Positions 1-8,700 of a stretch of 64,000 nucleotides of DNA are shown piece by piece. This stretch comes from Escherichia phage A221, in sequence record ON862890.1. One strand, given 5' to 3'. The position numbers and the translations under genes were made by a program. Every line of letters starts with the position of its first letter. Position 1 is the stretch's first letter. A model generated the notes under the pieces. It saw only the letters and a program-made list of their open reading frames with translations. It did no database searches and was not told where the DNA came from.

Positions 1-554
1 CTATCGCTGCGTTGGAGGGTGAACTGGAGGATCTATACCAGCGCCGCGAGGATGCCGACCAGGAACTCCAGGACTTACAGCACCTGCTGTTCTTCTTGAA
101 AGATGACCAGACCAAGGCGCGTATCATCGCCCTGTATCTGCCATTCCTCAATAGCAAGATCAACGAGTATCTTGAAGCCCTCAACATGTTCTTGGACATC
201 GTTGTTGACGATACCTTTGAGATCACCATGAGCGCAGCAGGCCGCAAAGGACAGAGTATCTTCTCCCTGTCTACTGGCCAGCGCAGTCGTCTGAACCTGG
301 CTGTGACATTAGCTCTGCGCGATGTAGCTAACCTCAAGGCGTCTGTACAATGTAACCTGTTCGTGCTGGACGAGATCCTTGAGAACATGAGCGAGCGCGG
401 GGTGCAGGAATCGGTTGAGATGTTGAAGCATAAGTTCGGCGGGAACAACCTGTTTGTCATCAGCCAGCGTGAGCAGGAGTTCCAGGAATACTTCCAACAC
501 AATATTCGCTATGGCCTGCGCAACGGCCTGACCGAAGTTATCAAGAAGGATTGA
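1..554 (+). CDS. Rad50/SbcC-like recombination ATPase, C-terminal fragment (T4 gp46-like); 5' end lies outside window
   Basis: Frame open to window edge; ABC-ATPase signature-like LSTGQRSRL followed by Walker B-like LFVLDE; tool start at 12 is an internal TTG. Confidence 0.55.
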   Translation, partial: IAALEGELEDLYQRREDADQELQDLQHLLFFLKDDQTKARIIALYLPFLNSKINEYLEALNMFLDIVVDDTFEITMSAAGRKGQSIFSLSTGQRSRLNLAVTLALRDVANLKASVQCNLFVLDEILENMSERGVQESVEMLKHKFGGNNLFVISQREQEFQEYFQHNIRYGLRNGLTEVIKKD

Positions 555-717
555 TCATGAACTACGAACAAATTAAACTCGCAATCCTGGTCTTTGCATG
601 CATCATTGACATCGTTGCGTTTTCTCGTGAAGTCGAAAGGAAAAACTACCTGAAAGCACTGGGGTATCTCGGGTTCTCTGTCTGCTTCTGTTATCTACTT
701 GCAGGTCAAATCCTGAA

Positions 718-1047
718 ATGAAAGTCGTCCACTTCAAGAAGGAGCCATATGACGTCTACATTGGTCGGCCTGGTAAATGGGGAAACCCGTTTGAGGTCAA
801 AGACCATGGACGAGGCGTCTGTATCGAACTGTTTGAGGACGACCTGTATGTGCGCCTGATTGAAGGGGATATCACTGAGGATGAACTCCTTGATCTTGAC
901 GGGAAGGTATTGGGGTGCTGGTGTAAGCCGCGCCCCTGCCACGGAGATGTTTACGTCAAAGTCATTGGTCGTATTAAACTATTCCGCAAGCTGGGTAAAT
1001 CCTTTACTGAACATCTGAGACAAACGTATGTCAGAAAACAAAGATGA
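718..1047 (+). CDS. hypothetical protein, DUF4326-like
   Basis: Pattern YDVYIGRPGKWGNPF ... GCWCKPRPCHGDV recalled from DUF4326 family; function unknown. Confidence 0.45.
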   Translation: MKVVHFKKEPYDVYIGRPGKWGNPFEVKDHGRGVCIELFEDDLYVRLIEGDITEDELLDLDGKVLGCWCKPRPCHGDVYVKVIGRIKLFRKLGKSFTEHLRQTYVRKQR

Positions 1048-1312
1048 AATTCAGGAATCCTGTGACATTGCTGTGGAGATATGGAATCACAGGAATCCTC
1101 ATTACCAAGTGACCGTCACTCCGAATCGTTATCTTGAGCAGGGTGGTCTGATTGTGGTTGATGCTGTACTCGCTTTCAACAAGTACCAAGATATGCAGAT
1201 CCTGGACGGCAACTTTACCGTCGCGACCAAGACGGCATGGGATGACCCTCTACAGTTCGTCTATGGCTGGCTGGAGTGTATCGAGGAATCCTACCACCTC
1301 ATCTACGAATGA
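1028..1312 (+). CDS. hypothetical protein
   Basis: 94-aa ORF overlapping upstream stop; no recognisable motif. Confidence 0.4.
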   Translation: MSENKDEIQESCDIAVEIWNHRNPHYQVTVTPNRYLEQGGLIVVDAVLAFNKYQDMQILDGNFTVATKTAWDDPLQFVYGWLECIEESYHLIYE

Positions 1313-1409
1313 GGCTGAAGGGCACTAAATACCACGTGCCCTTTATCTTTTAACCCCTGTCAGGAGGCTCAAGCGAGCTGCAAGTCGACAAAACATAAGG
1401 AACGCCATC

Positions 1410-2024
1410 ATGACGATGACAACGTTGAAGGCCATGGCCTTGTCCGTGACCTTTACCATTGCCAGCGGGAATGTGCACGCTTCCCAAAGTACCACCCAAT
1501 GTGATTATAATTTCTCCGAGCAACAACTTAATACGATGGCAACCGCCTATCACGTAGGCAAGACACAAGATCTTGGCTACACTCTGGCCGCCATATCTTG
1601 GCGTGAGAGCCGCGCTGGCGAAGATGTAGTGTCAATGCGATACGGCCTCAAGGCGGCCAACATGGGAGCCTTTCAGAACAAGGTGAAGACAGTTGGTGAT
1701 CGCGAAGGTTGTAAGAATCGCAAGTGCTATGCCAATGTCGCTATAAAGTTGCTGACCGACCAAGAATATGCCGCGCAAGCCGCCCTCGATGAGATGCAGT
1801 TCTGGCTGACCTATCACAATCAGAATATCCGCAAATCCCTCTCCTCTTACAATGCTGGCTTCGCCCGTAATCCTGCATCGAACGCTTATGCTGCCGACGT
1901 CGTGAAGAAAGCTAAATATCTTCAGAAATGTGTGTCCTTCGAAGGCCGGACCATCTCCGAGGTAGATCCTCAGGTGATCGCCATGAACAAGCACACAATA
2001 GAGAAACTGAAGAGGACAAGATAA
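1410..2024 (+). CDS. secreted lytic transglycosylase-like (SLT domain) protein
   Basis: N-terminal signal-peptide-like hydrophobic segment; SLT-like catalytic motif AISWRESR and downstream SYNAG; RBS AAGGAA. Confidence 0.5.
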   Translation: MTMTTLKAMALSVTFTIASGNVHASQSTTQCDYNFSEQQLNTMATAYHVGKTQDLGYTLAAISWRESRAGEDVVSMRYGLKAANMGAFQNKVKTVGDREGCKNRKCYANVAIKLLTDQEYAAQAALDEMQFWLTYHNQNIRKSLSSYNAGFARNPASNAYAADVVKKAKYLQKCVSFEGRTISEVDPQVIAMNKHTIEKLKRTR

Positions 2025-2662
2025 TGAACATCACTCCATCTCAGGCCGGATATGAACATATCTTGGTCTTCATTGCTCTACAGGGTGCGAAGGAAGGCAT
2101 CATCGTATCCGAGTACTCAGGTACGGTTCGCCTTGCTGATTATGTCGCACCGGAGGCATTTATCAAGAAGTGTATTGACGCATGGTGCCTCTATGCCCTC
2201 AGCACATACCCTGCTCCTCCTGAGGGTGAGCTGTTGTTTACTGTGCCGACTCCGGCTGTTGGCGATACAGACGCGATCTTTGCCGATATGCTGACCAAGG
2301 GGTATCTGGTGTATGACATCACCCACGATGTCTATTCCTTTACCTCACTGAACACCGTGTTTGGATTCACTATCACATCTGAAGCCAACATCCCTGACTG
2401 GGGCATCTTGGCTTGGGGTGTTGACGGCCTGGGTGCAACCTACGCATCGTCTGACGTCGGTGCGGTTCTGATTGATGAGGGTGTCACCATGGAGCAGTAC
2501 CTTGCCCAGTTCCCTCAGCACAATATCACAGGCAGCGACATCATTTTGGTCCAGCCTGGCGCTATCGCTCTCCCCCGTTTGGTGGATGGATGGAAGCCTC
2601 AGCTGAAGGACATCATCGCAGGTATTCGATCCCACATTCCGGTTGTGAATCTGACGCCGTAA
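2024..2662 (+). CDS. hypothetical protein
   Basis: ATG overlaps upstream stop (TAATG) indicating translational coupling; tool ORF began upstream in-frame. Confidence 0.5.
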   Translation: MNITPSQAGYEHILVFIALQGAKEGIIVSEYSGTVRLADYVAPEAFIKKCIDAWCLYALSTYPAPPEGELLFTVPTPAVGDTDAIFADMLTKGYLVYDITHDVYSFTSLNTVFGFTITSEANIPDWGILAWGVDGLGATYASSDVGAVLIDEGVTMEQYLAQFPQHNITGSDIILVQPGAIALPRLVDGWKPQLKDIIAGIRSHIPVVNLTP

Positions 2663-2675
2663 AAATAATTCAATA

Positions 2676-2700
2676 AAAGGGGCTTTCGCCCCTTTACTTC
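2676..2700 (+). terminator. rho-independent terminator
   Basis: Hairpin AAGGGGC-TTTC-GCCCCTT followed by T-rich TACTTCTTC. Confidence 0.6.
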
Positions 2701-2769
2701 TTCAATATCCTTCCCTATACTTCATTCCATAAGCAGTACGACACCGACTTGAATAGCAGGAACTATATC

Positions 2770-3045
2770 ATGAAAATTATCCTCGACGCATATATCCGCC
2801 ACGGTCAGAAATACCTGATGGCCAAGGTTTACGACGGCGAAGAATTGATCCACGCCCAGACCGCCCCAGCTGCCCAGCTGCGCGAAATCATGTCACGCGA
2901 CTTCCCTGGCGTTGAAATGGTAGAGCCTGCCAACCAGGCTGAAGTAGACAAAGAGTGGGAGCGCGAATGGAGTCCAGCGGCTATCGCTCGGGCTGAAAAG
3001 AATTGGTCTAACCGCGAAAACGCAAACCGCCCTTTCCGCCGTTAA
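2770..3045 (+). CDS. hypothetical protein
   Basis: ATG preceded by conserved AGGAACTATATC motif; tool start 2749 is TTG; E. coli-optimal codons. Confidence 0.5.
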   Translation: MKIILDAYIRHGQKYLMAKVYDGEELIHAQTAPAAQLREIMSRDFPGVEMVEPANQAEVDKEWEREWSPAAIARAEKNWSNRENANRPFRR

Positions 3046-3067
3046 TTTGAACCGAAGGAACTATATC

Positions 3068-3403
3068 ATGACACAACTCAAGAACTTCACCGCCGATGAC
3101 ATGTTTGCCTTCCAGGGTGCTGAGCACTTTGCTGACGGCTCCGTACCTCGCATCTACTACTTCTCCGACGAAGAAATGGAAGATTTCTTCTCCCTGATGG
3201 AAAAGGACTACGAACCAGACGACTTCGTTTATATCATCCATCACGCTGAAGGACTGACATTGGGTTGGACGGCCAACAACGAACCAGAAGAAGTAAACTT
3301 TCCTGAAGGTATCATGTCAGAGCGCGTCGAATATCTACTGGAAGCTCTGGACCCCCACACCCTCCCGCTCTGGGCGATGTCTGTAGCCCAAGTTCAAAAA
3401 TAA
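3068..3403 (+). CDS. hypothetical protein
   Basis: ATG preceded by AGGAACTATATC motif; tool start 3047 is TTG. Confidence 0.5.
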   Translation: MTQLKNFTADDMFAFQGAEHFADGSVPRIYYFSDEEMEDFFSLMEKDYEPDDFVYIIHHAEGLTLGWTANNEPEEVNFPEGIMSERVEYLLEALDPHTLPLWAMSVAQVQK

Positions 3404-3407
3404 GATA

Positions 3408-3432
3408 AGGGGGCTGACGCTCCCTTTTGGTT
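3408..3432 (+). terminator. rho-independent terminator
   Basis: GC-rich hairpin GGGGGC-TGAC-GCTCCC (one G-U wobble) followed by TTTTGGTTT. Confidence 0.5.
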
Positions 3433-3478
3433 TCGCTAATTAGAAGAAACCGCCGTTAATTCAGTCAGGAGATATAAA

Positions 3479-6199
3479 ATGTCAAAGCTAAGTTTCCTCC
3501 AGTTCATGCAGGAAAGAGATCAGTTGGACGAAGCGTTCAACTCCGCTCCGTATGAGCTGACCATGGGCAAGAAGAACGCAGGCGATGTGTTCTTCACCTT
3601 CATCGACGAAGATGAAAAGGAATACCGTATTCAGTTCTATACCCCTCAGGGGCTGGGTAAGAGTGTTCGTCAGGTTTTCATCGGCCAGAAGCGCGGCTCC
3701 GTCTATCCTGACGCCATCGCTCGCTTCAAGAACCCAATGCGCGTTATCGCTTCCATGATCGAAGCGACCAAACAATTCATGGCGACTCCTCTGGGTAAGA
3801 CCATCGATGGCTTTGCTGTCAACTTCTCTAAGAAAGCGCTGGATCGCGGTATGACCCTGATTCCTAAGATCATCCGCCAGTCCGGCCTGAAACAGAAACT
3901 GAATGTCATGGACCTGACCTACGCGCCTGTCCCCGACCGTGGTTATGTGTGGCTGGTCCGCAAGGGTAAAGATCCGGCGCAGGTATTTGACGGTCCGAAG
4001 ATGCAGGGTATCACCTGGGACGACCCAGACAAGGTCGGTGACGTTCCGGTTCAGAACAATACTCCGGATGTGGGTGTGTCATCTTCTGTTGATAATTCCA
4101 ACGGATGGAAATTAACTTCAAACGGGGATCAGCCCATGTTGTTATGGGCTGGTAAGGAGAGAGGCCGCATGAACACGGCAAATATCGCTCCCCACTACAA
4201 TGAGCCGGGCGTGTATGTTGGCGCATACATGAATGAGAAACCTGTGCGTGGGCAAAGTGCTGATTTCATTGCTCGTCAGTTGAAATTACCGCAAGTCCCT
4301 ATCAATATCCTGAATGATTTCACCATGGCGTCTACAAAATTTTGGAAAGGTTCTCAAAACAGTTCAGACAGAAATAACCCAGCCAACATTATCGGTTCTG
4401 GAACTGCTGTTATTGATGCCAAACGACTTGGTGCTCGAGAAGTAAACGTGGAACGATTCAAAAACGGTGTTCGCATGCGTTCTCAAAACGGTGACGTCGA
4501 CATCAGTATTTCCGACCCAGACTTTTCAAATGCAGCAAGTGCGACTGATGCTGCCACTGCCTCTGTTGTGGTCAAAAACGGGCGTTACGAAGGTGCCATC
4601 AATTCAAAGCGCAAGATTGCCCGCATCTCGAACGAGCAGGGTACTGAATGGGATATCATCGGTGTCAACGGGGAAACCCTTGTCTCTATCAAGTTGAACA
4701 AAGTGTCTAAATCCGCATCGGATTCGACCGAGGGTGCAACCAGTGTTGATCAATTACGTGACAGCGGTTTCATCGCTCGTGTTCTGGGTATCATTGATAC
4801 CAACGTTGGGCTGGACACTTCTATTCTTCCTGGTGAAAACATCCGTCGTGTGGGCGCTGGTCGTTACACGACAGCAGGCGGGTTGGTTATCGTTGTCAAC
4901 TTCACAAACGTCCTCGCTGGTTTCGTTCAATACTCAGTTTTCAGCGAAATTGCTGAAGAGGAGAGCGTGGCCAAAGGTAGCGCCCGTGACGTCGCCAATG
5001 CGGTAATTGCGTCCATCTTTGAGGTTGCCAAGACCCAGTACACTGGCAAATGGGAAATTAGCGCAGTGCCAACAAGCGCTCCATATCCTATCAAAGCCAT
5101 TCGCCGTTCTCGGGGCTGGGGTTATGTGGAAACCGCAAACTGGACTCTGACAGTGTCCGACGCTGTCCTGAATCGTGTGAAGCCAGGGAAAACTGCTCTA
5201 CTGGAACTCATCAAAGAACCTCCGCGTGGCAAGCACCCGCTGGAAATCATCCCAGAGAAGGGCGACAAGACCCTGATGCTGAAAGATCGTATTACCGGGG
5301 CCATCTATGGTTCTATCGACCTGAATGCCCAAGGCGCTGATCTGGTCAACTCTGGAACCCTGAAGATACCAAGCAACGCCATGGTGTTTGGTGAGACTGT
5401 CAACGGTATGTCCATCACTTGGTCTGGCGTCAATTTCCCGAAAACTGGGAAGTATGATGGTGCTGTATTGACCACGAATGTGACCTATTACTACGACAAA
5501 GGCAAAGTGGCGATCACGCCTATTGTATCCAATAAAGGTCGTACCCTGAACAATCCGAAGACATATGAACTTACTTTGAAGAAAGATATTGTTCAGGCCG
5601 TGATCGATGAAATTTCTTCTAAAATGGAAATGATATCTCGGAATATACAAACTCTGAAAAGCACGTCGTATAATCCGAAACAAGTATTTTTGGACGACAT
5701 TTCTGTTGACAACAACGGTTCAGTCCTTTGGCGCGGGTACGACATGGCGGATCGCCGCACTAATGAATTTATGTTGGGTATCCTGTCCAAAGAAACCGAG
5801 AGACTGGAGAAAGAGTCGAGTACTGCGAAGAAGACTGGTGCCGACCTTGCGGCATACGCCGACTCCATCCGCGACAACGCACCAAAAGGCCGCGACCTGG
5901 ATTGGCAGATCTATGCAAGCCGTGATGGTCAGACTCTGAACGTGGACTGGGATATCACCTTCCGCCGCAACACAACTGAAGGGGCATATCGCGAGTTCAA
6001 ATCTCAGATTGACCGCGCCAACCAGTACCTGCAGACTCTGTACCGGGATGCGAAGTCCAAGGGTTACAACCCGACTGAACCAAACCTGATGACTCTGGAT
6101 AGCGCCCAGCAGTCTGACCAGTGGGCACGAGACTACGGGGAAGGCGCATACAGCGAGTACGAGCAGTCCCTGGGTGGCAACATGCAGATTAAGATCTGA
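3479..6199 (+). CDS. large hypothetical protein (906 aa), function unknown
   Basis: Long ORF with RBS AGGAG; no polymerase or fiber motifs recognised; central third shows different codon choice from flanks. Confidence 0.6.
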   Translation: MSKLSFLQFMQERDQLDEAFNSAPYELTMGKKNAGDVFFTFIDEDEKEYRIQFYTPQGLGKSVRQVFIGQKRGSVYPDAIARFKNPMRVIASMIEATKQFMATPLGKTIDGFAVNFSKKALDRGMTLIPKIIRQSGLKQKLNVMDLTYAPVPDRGYVWLVRKGKDPAQVFDGPKMQGITWDDPDKVGDVPVQNNTPDVGVSSSVDNSNGWKLTSNGDQPMLLWAGKERGRMNTANIAPHYNEPGVYVGAYMNEKPVRGQSADFIARQLKLPQVPINILNDFTMASTKFWKGSQNSSDRNNPANIIGSGTAVIDAKRLGAREVNVERFKNGVRMRSQNGDVDISISDPDFSNAASATDAATASVVVKNGRYEGAINSKRKIARISNEQGTEWDIIGVNGETLVSIKLNKVSKSASDSTEGATSVDQLRDSGFIARVLGIIDTNVGLDTSILPGENIRRVGAGRYTTAGGLVIVVNFTNVLAGFVQYSVFSEIAEEESVAKGSARDVANAVIASIFEVAKTQYTGKWEISAVPTSAPYPIKAIRRSRGWGYVETANWTLTVSDAVLNRVKPGKTALLELIKEPPRGKHPLEIIPEKGDKTLMLKDRITGAIYGSIDLNAQGADLVNSGTLKIPSNAMVFGETVNGMSITWSGVNFPKTGKYDGAVLTTNVTYYYDKGKVAITPIVSNKGRTLNNPKTYELTLKKDIVQAVIDEISSKMEMISRNIQTLKSTSYNPKQVFLDDISVDNNGSVLWRGYDMADRRTNEFMLGILSKETERLEKESSTAKKTGADLAAYADSIRDNAPKGRDLDWQIYASRDGQTLNVDWDITFRRNTTEGAYREFKSQIDRANQYLQTLYRDAKSKGYNPTEPNLMTLDSAQQSDQWARDYGEGAYSEYEQSLGGNMQIKI

Positions 6200-6206
6200 T
6201 CATCGA

Positions 6207-6224
6207 AAGCCCCTTCGGGGGCTT
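6207..6224 (+). terminator. terminator-like hairpin overlapping late promoter
   Basis: Hairpin AAGCCCC-TTCG-GGGGCTT immediately after stop of 3479-6199. Confidence 0.45.
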
Positions 6225-6231
6225 ATAAATA
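6224..6231 (+). promoter_or_regulatory. T4-type late promoter box TATAAATA
   Basis: Exact TATAAATA about 24 nt upstream of ATG 6255. Confidence 0.5.
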
Positions 6232-6254
6232 ACTGAAATCCCGAGGAGATTAAG

Positions 6255-6560
6255 ATGAAACCGTTTATCGAATATTTTAAAGAACAAGCCGCTAAACCTC
6301 AGACCCATGCTGGTGTCCAGGGTAAGACCGTATCCATCACCAAGCAAGCTGACGGCACTCAGTGGTGCTCCGGTGCTACCGTGACCCAGATCACCCCTGA
6401 CAATCAGGCGGATGTCTACAACCTGGAGTTAACCAACGGCAACACTATCAAGGTGAAACTGACCCCAGACCAGACTCACGGTATCTCCCAAGGTCAGGAA
6501 GTCGTTGCTGTCCATGACGGTTTCGAATTCTTCTTTGGCAAGTCTGCCGACAAAGACTAA
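6255..6560 (+). CDS. hypothetical late protein (101 aa), probably virion-associated
   Basis: Follows perfect late promoter; RBS GAGGAG; strongly E. coli-optimal codons. Confidence 0.55.
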   Translation: MKPFIEYFKEQAAKPQTHAGVQGKTVSITKQADGTQWCSGATVTQITPDNQADVYNLELTNGNTIKVKLTPDQTHGISQGQEVVAVHDGFEFFFGKSADKD

Positions 6561-6600
6561 GTGAAACCATCAAGATGACTCTGGTCAAACAGTGATTACA

Positions 6601-6632
6601 ATCCCCCTAAATACAGGGGGATTTCTTTTTCT
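6601..6632 (+). terminator. rho-independent terminator
   Basis: Hairpin ATCCCCC-TAAATACA-GGGGGAT followed by TTCTTTTTCTG. Confidence 0.6.
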
Positions 6633-6645
6633 GAGGAAACAAATC

Positions 6646-6999
6646 ATGGTTAACGCGAGTATTTTCATCAACCGTGGACTGCTTGCTATAGCCCACTCTC
6701 ATGCCTTACACTTCGTTACAACGTCCTATGCCAAGCACAAGGCACTCGGGGAGTTCTACGGGGAACTGGAGGGCTTGCTGGACACGTTTACCGAAGCATA
6801 CATCGGTGCGGGTGGTCAGTATGTTCCATCATTCGAGAATATTAAATTGTACAACCCAGACCCTATCTCCTATATTAACAGTGTGGTGATAGACGTCGAT
6901 GGCATCTACAAGCAGTGTGACTCCCACCTTCAGAGCACTCTTGACGATATCAAGACACTGTGTTATCAGACGATCTACAAACTGAAGCAGCTGTCGTAA
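6646..6999 (+). CDS. hypothetical protein (possible ferritin/Dps-like helical fold)
   Basis: ATG with RBS GAGGAAAC after terminator; tool start 6592 is GTG inside the terminator hairpin; His-rich helical motif AIAHSHALHF. Confidence 0.45.
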   Translation: MVNASIFINRGLLAIAHSHALHFVTTSYAKHKALGEFYGELEGLLDTFTEAYIGAGGQYVPSFENIKLYNPDPISYINSVVIDVDGIYKQCDSHLQSTLDDIKTLCYQTIYKLKQLS

Positions 7000-7242
7000 G
7001 TCAATACGAAATAAAGGCATATAATTTGCTCATTATTCACCGAAAGGAAAGGACAATGAGCAAAATCTTTATCCCGTCACATGCGCAGCTACATGAATCT
7101 CTTGGACAACTTCGCCCACTTCGAGCACAACACGGCTGGTAAACAAATATTTTGTATAGAGGGCTTGTCGACCACTGTGTATAGCTCAAAGTCGTGATGT
7201 AGACTATACTGTGACCGAAGTGTTCCAGAGGCAGAAGATCTA

Positions 7243-8301
7243 ATGAAATTTCTTGATGAACAATTCATAAATTACGTTGCTCCCAGACTCGATAAATTCA
7301 AGTGGGAGCGCGTTGGTGCTGTCGCAAACTTCCGTTGTCCCCTGTGTGGAGATTCTCTCAAAAGTGCTAATAAGCGACGCGGTTATTTTTTCTTCGATCG
7401 AGATAATGACTGCTTCCGGTTTAAATGTCACAATTGCCATAACATGAATGGCTGGTCATTTGAGTTCTGGCTGAAGAAGTTCGACGAACGCCTCTCAACA
7501 GAGTACAACATGGAGAAGTTCCGTCTGCTGGGTGATACGTCGGGCAGACCACTTCCTTCCCTGAAGCCGTTGCCAAAGCTGACACAGACCGCCCGTATTG
7601 GCTCAGTGGCGGCGAAACGCGACGAGAGCCTCCTCGGCAATATGCTACGGCTTGATCTGCTACCGCCTGACCATAAGGCTCGACAGTACGTACAGTGGCG
7701 TGGACTGCCGGAGAGCGCTTTGTCCCTCCTGTATTACACACAGCACTTCCGCCAGGATCTACTCCAGTTCGAAACGAACCCTGAGAAGCAGCTGAAAATT
7801 CCCGATGACGAGCGCCTGGTAATCCCATTCTGGACTCAGGATGGTCGCATGAAGATCGTTCAGGGGCGTGCATTCGACAAGAATGCGACACTGCGCTACG
7901 CAACAGTCAAGCCCAAGGATGAAGACACTAAGGTGTATGGTGAAGACCGGGTGAACATTCACAAGACCAAGCTGGTTGTGGAAGGTCCGATTGACAGCCT
8001 GTTCCTACCCAACTGTCTTGCATCGGCCGACGCTGATCTACTGAGCGTGAAGGGTGACATTTATATCCCTGATAATCAGTACCGGAACCCGCAGGTGTGT
8101 GACAGTATTCAGAAGATGATAGATAAAGGTGTCAAAGTTGTACTGTTCCCACCAGACGTTCCTTGGAAGGATATCAACGACATGGTCATGCCATCAAAGG
8201 GCAACATGTCCATACAAGACCTCCTGAAACTGATCGCCAAGAACGTTTACCAAGGTATGGCTGCATCATTACAATTCGCTGAACTGAGGAAAGTGCGATG
8301 A
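7243..8301 (+). CDS. 61: DNA primase (T4 gp61-like)
   Basis: N-terminal zinc-binding motif FRCPLCGDS...KCHNCHN matching T4 gp61 CPVCGDS...HCYNC pattern; RBS GAGG. Confidence 0.75.
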   Translation: MKFLDEQFINYVAPRLDKFKWERVGAVANFRCPLCGDSLKSANKRRGYFFFDRDNDCFRFKCHNCHNMNGWSFEFWLKKFDERLSTEYNMEKFRLLGDTSGRPLPSLKPLPKLTQTARIGSVAAKRDESLLGNMLRLDLLPPDHKARQYVQWRGLPESALSLLYYTQHFRQDLLQFETNPEKQLKIPDDERLVIPFWTQDGRMKIVQGRAFDKNATLRYATVKPKDEDTKVYGEDRVNIHKTKLVVEGPIDSLFLPNCLASADADLLSVKGDIYIPDNQYRNPQVCDSIQKMIDKGVKVVLFPPDVPWKDINDMVMPSKGNMSIQDLLKLIAKNVYQGMAASLQFAELRKVR

Positions 8302-8504
8302 CGTTAGAAGAACTGAACAAACTGGACGACGGAGAGATCGTGCGGGGGTACTTGAAATCTCGTGAGGGGTATGTCTTATCTGGGGAAGAATCTCCGAGTT
8401 TCATCCACGGCTGGAAGAATGGTCAGGCGGACTTCCATGGGGTTCCCATCAGTGATGAGCAAGCCGAATTGGCTCACGAGTTTGTAAGATTTCGCCCGAA
8501 CTAA
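8298..8504 (+). CDS. hypothetical protein
   Basis: 68-aa ORF overlapping primase stop by 4 nt (translational coupling). Confidence 0.4.
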   Translation: MTLEELNKLDDGEIVRGYLKSREGYVLSGEESPSFIHGWKNGQADFHGVPISDEQAELAHEFVRFRPN

Positions 8505-8533
8505 AACTTTTTACTTCACATTACTTCCCTCCA

Positions 8534-8560
8534 GGCCTCATTCGACGAGGCCTTTTAAAA
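8534..8560 (+). terminator. rho-independent terminator
   Basis: Hairpin AGGCCTC-ATTCGAC-GAGGCCT followed by TTTTAAAA. Confidence 0.6.
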
Positions 8561-8569
8561 TACTTCAAA

Positions 8570-8589
8570 AATAATTTTTAAAAATTATT
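8570..8589. repeat. perfect 20-bp AT-only palindrome AATAATTTTTAAAAATTATT
   Basis: Sequence equals its own reverse complement; lies in AT-rich region upstream of promoter-like element. Confidence 0.6.
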
Positions 8590-8598
8590 GAAAAAGAC

Positions 8599-8627
8599 TT
8601 TACTCTTCAATAATGATGCACTATTAT
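8599..8627 (+). promoter_or_regulatory. sigma70-like promoter candidate TTTACT-N17-TATTAT
   Basis: -35/-10-like hexamers with 17-nt spacer, upstream AT-rich UP-like region. Confidence 0.3.
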
Positions 8628-8700
8628 AGTTCACATAGGGCGGCAACACACCGCCGAATGAAAAGTGAAACGCACCAACTACATTATGAGGAATTACATC

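Noticed and set aside
3479-6199. Identification as DNA polymerase gp43 on the basis of length (906 aa vs 898 aa)
   Set aside because: No exonuclease or polymerase motifs (no DxE exo motif, no DxxSLYPS or YGDTDS) are present
7150-7242. Possible tRNA in the 244-nt spacer before primase (TAGCTCAA resembles a D-arm)
   Set aside because: No matching T-arm (GTTCGANTCC-like), no acceptor stem pairing and no cloverleaf could be built
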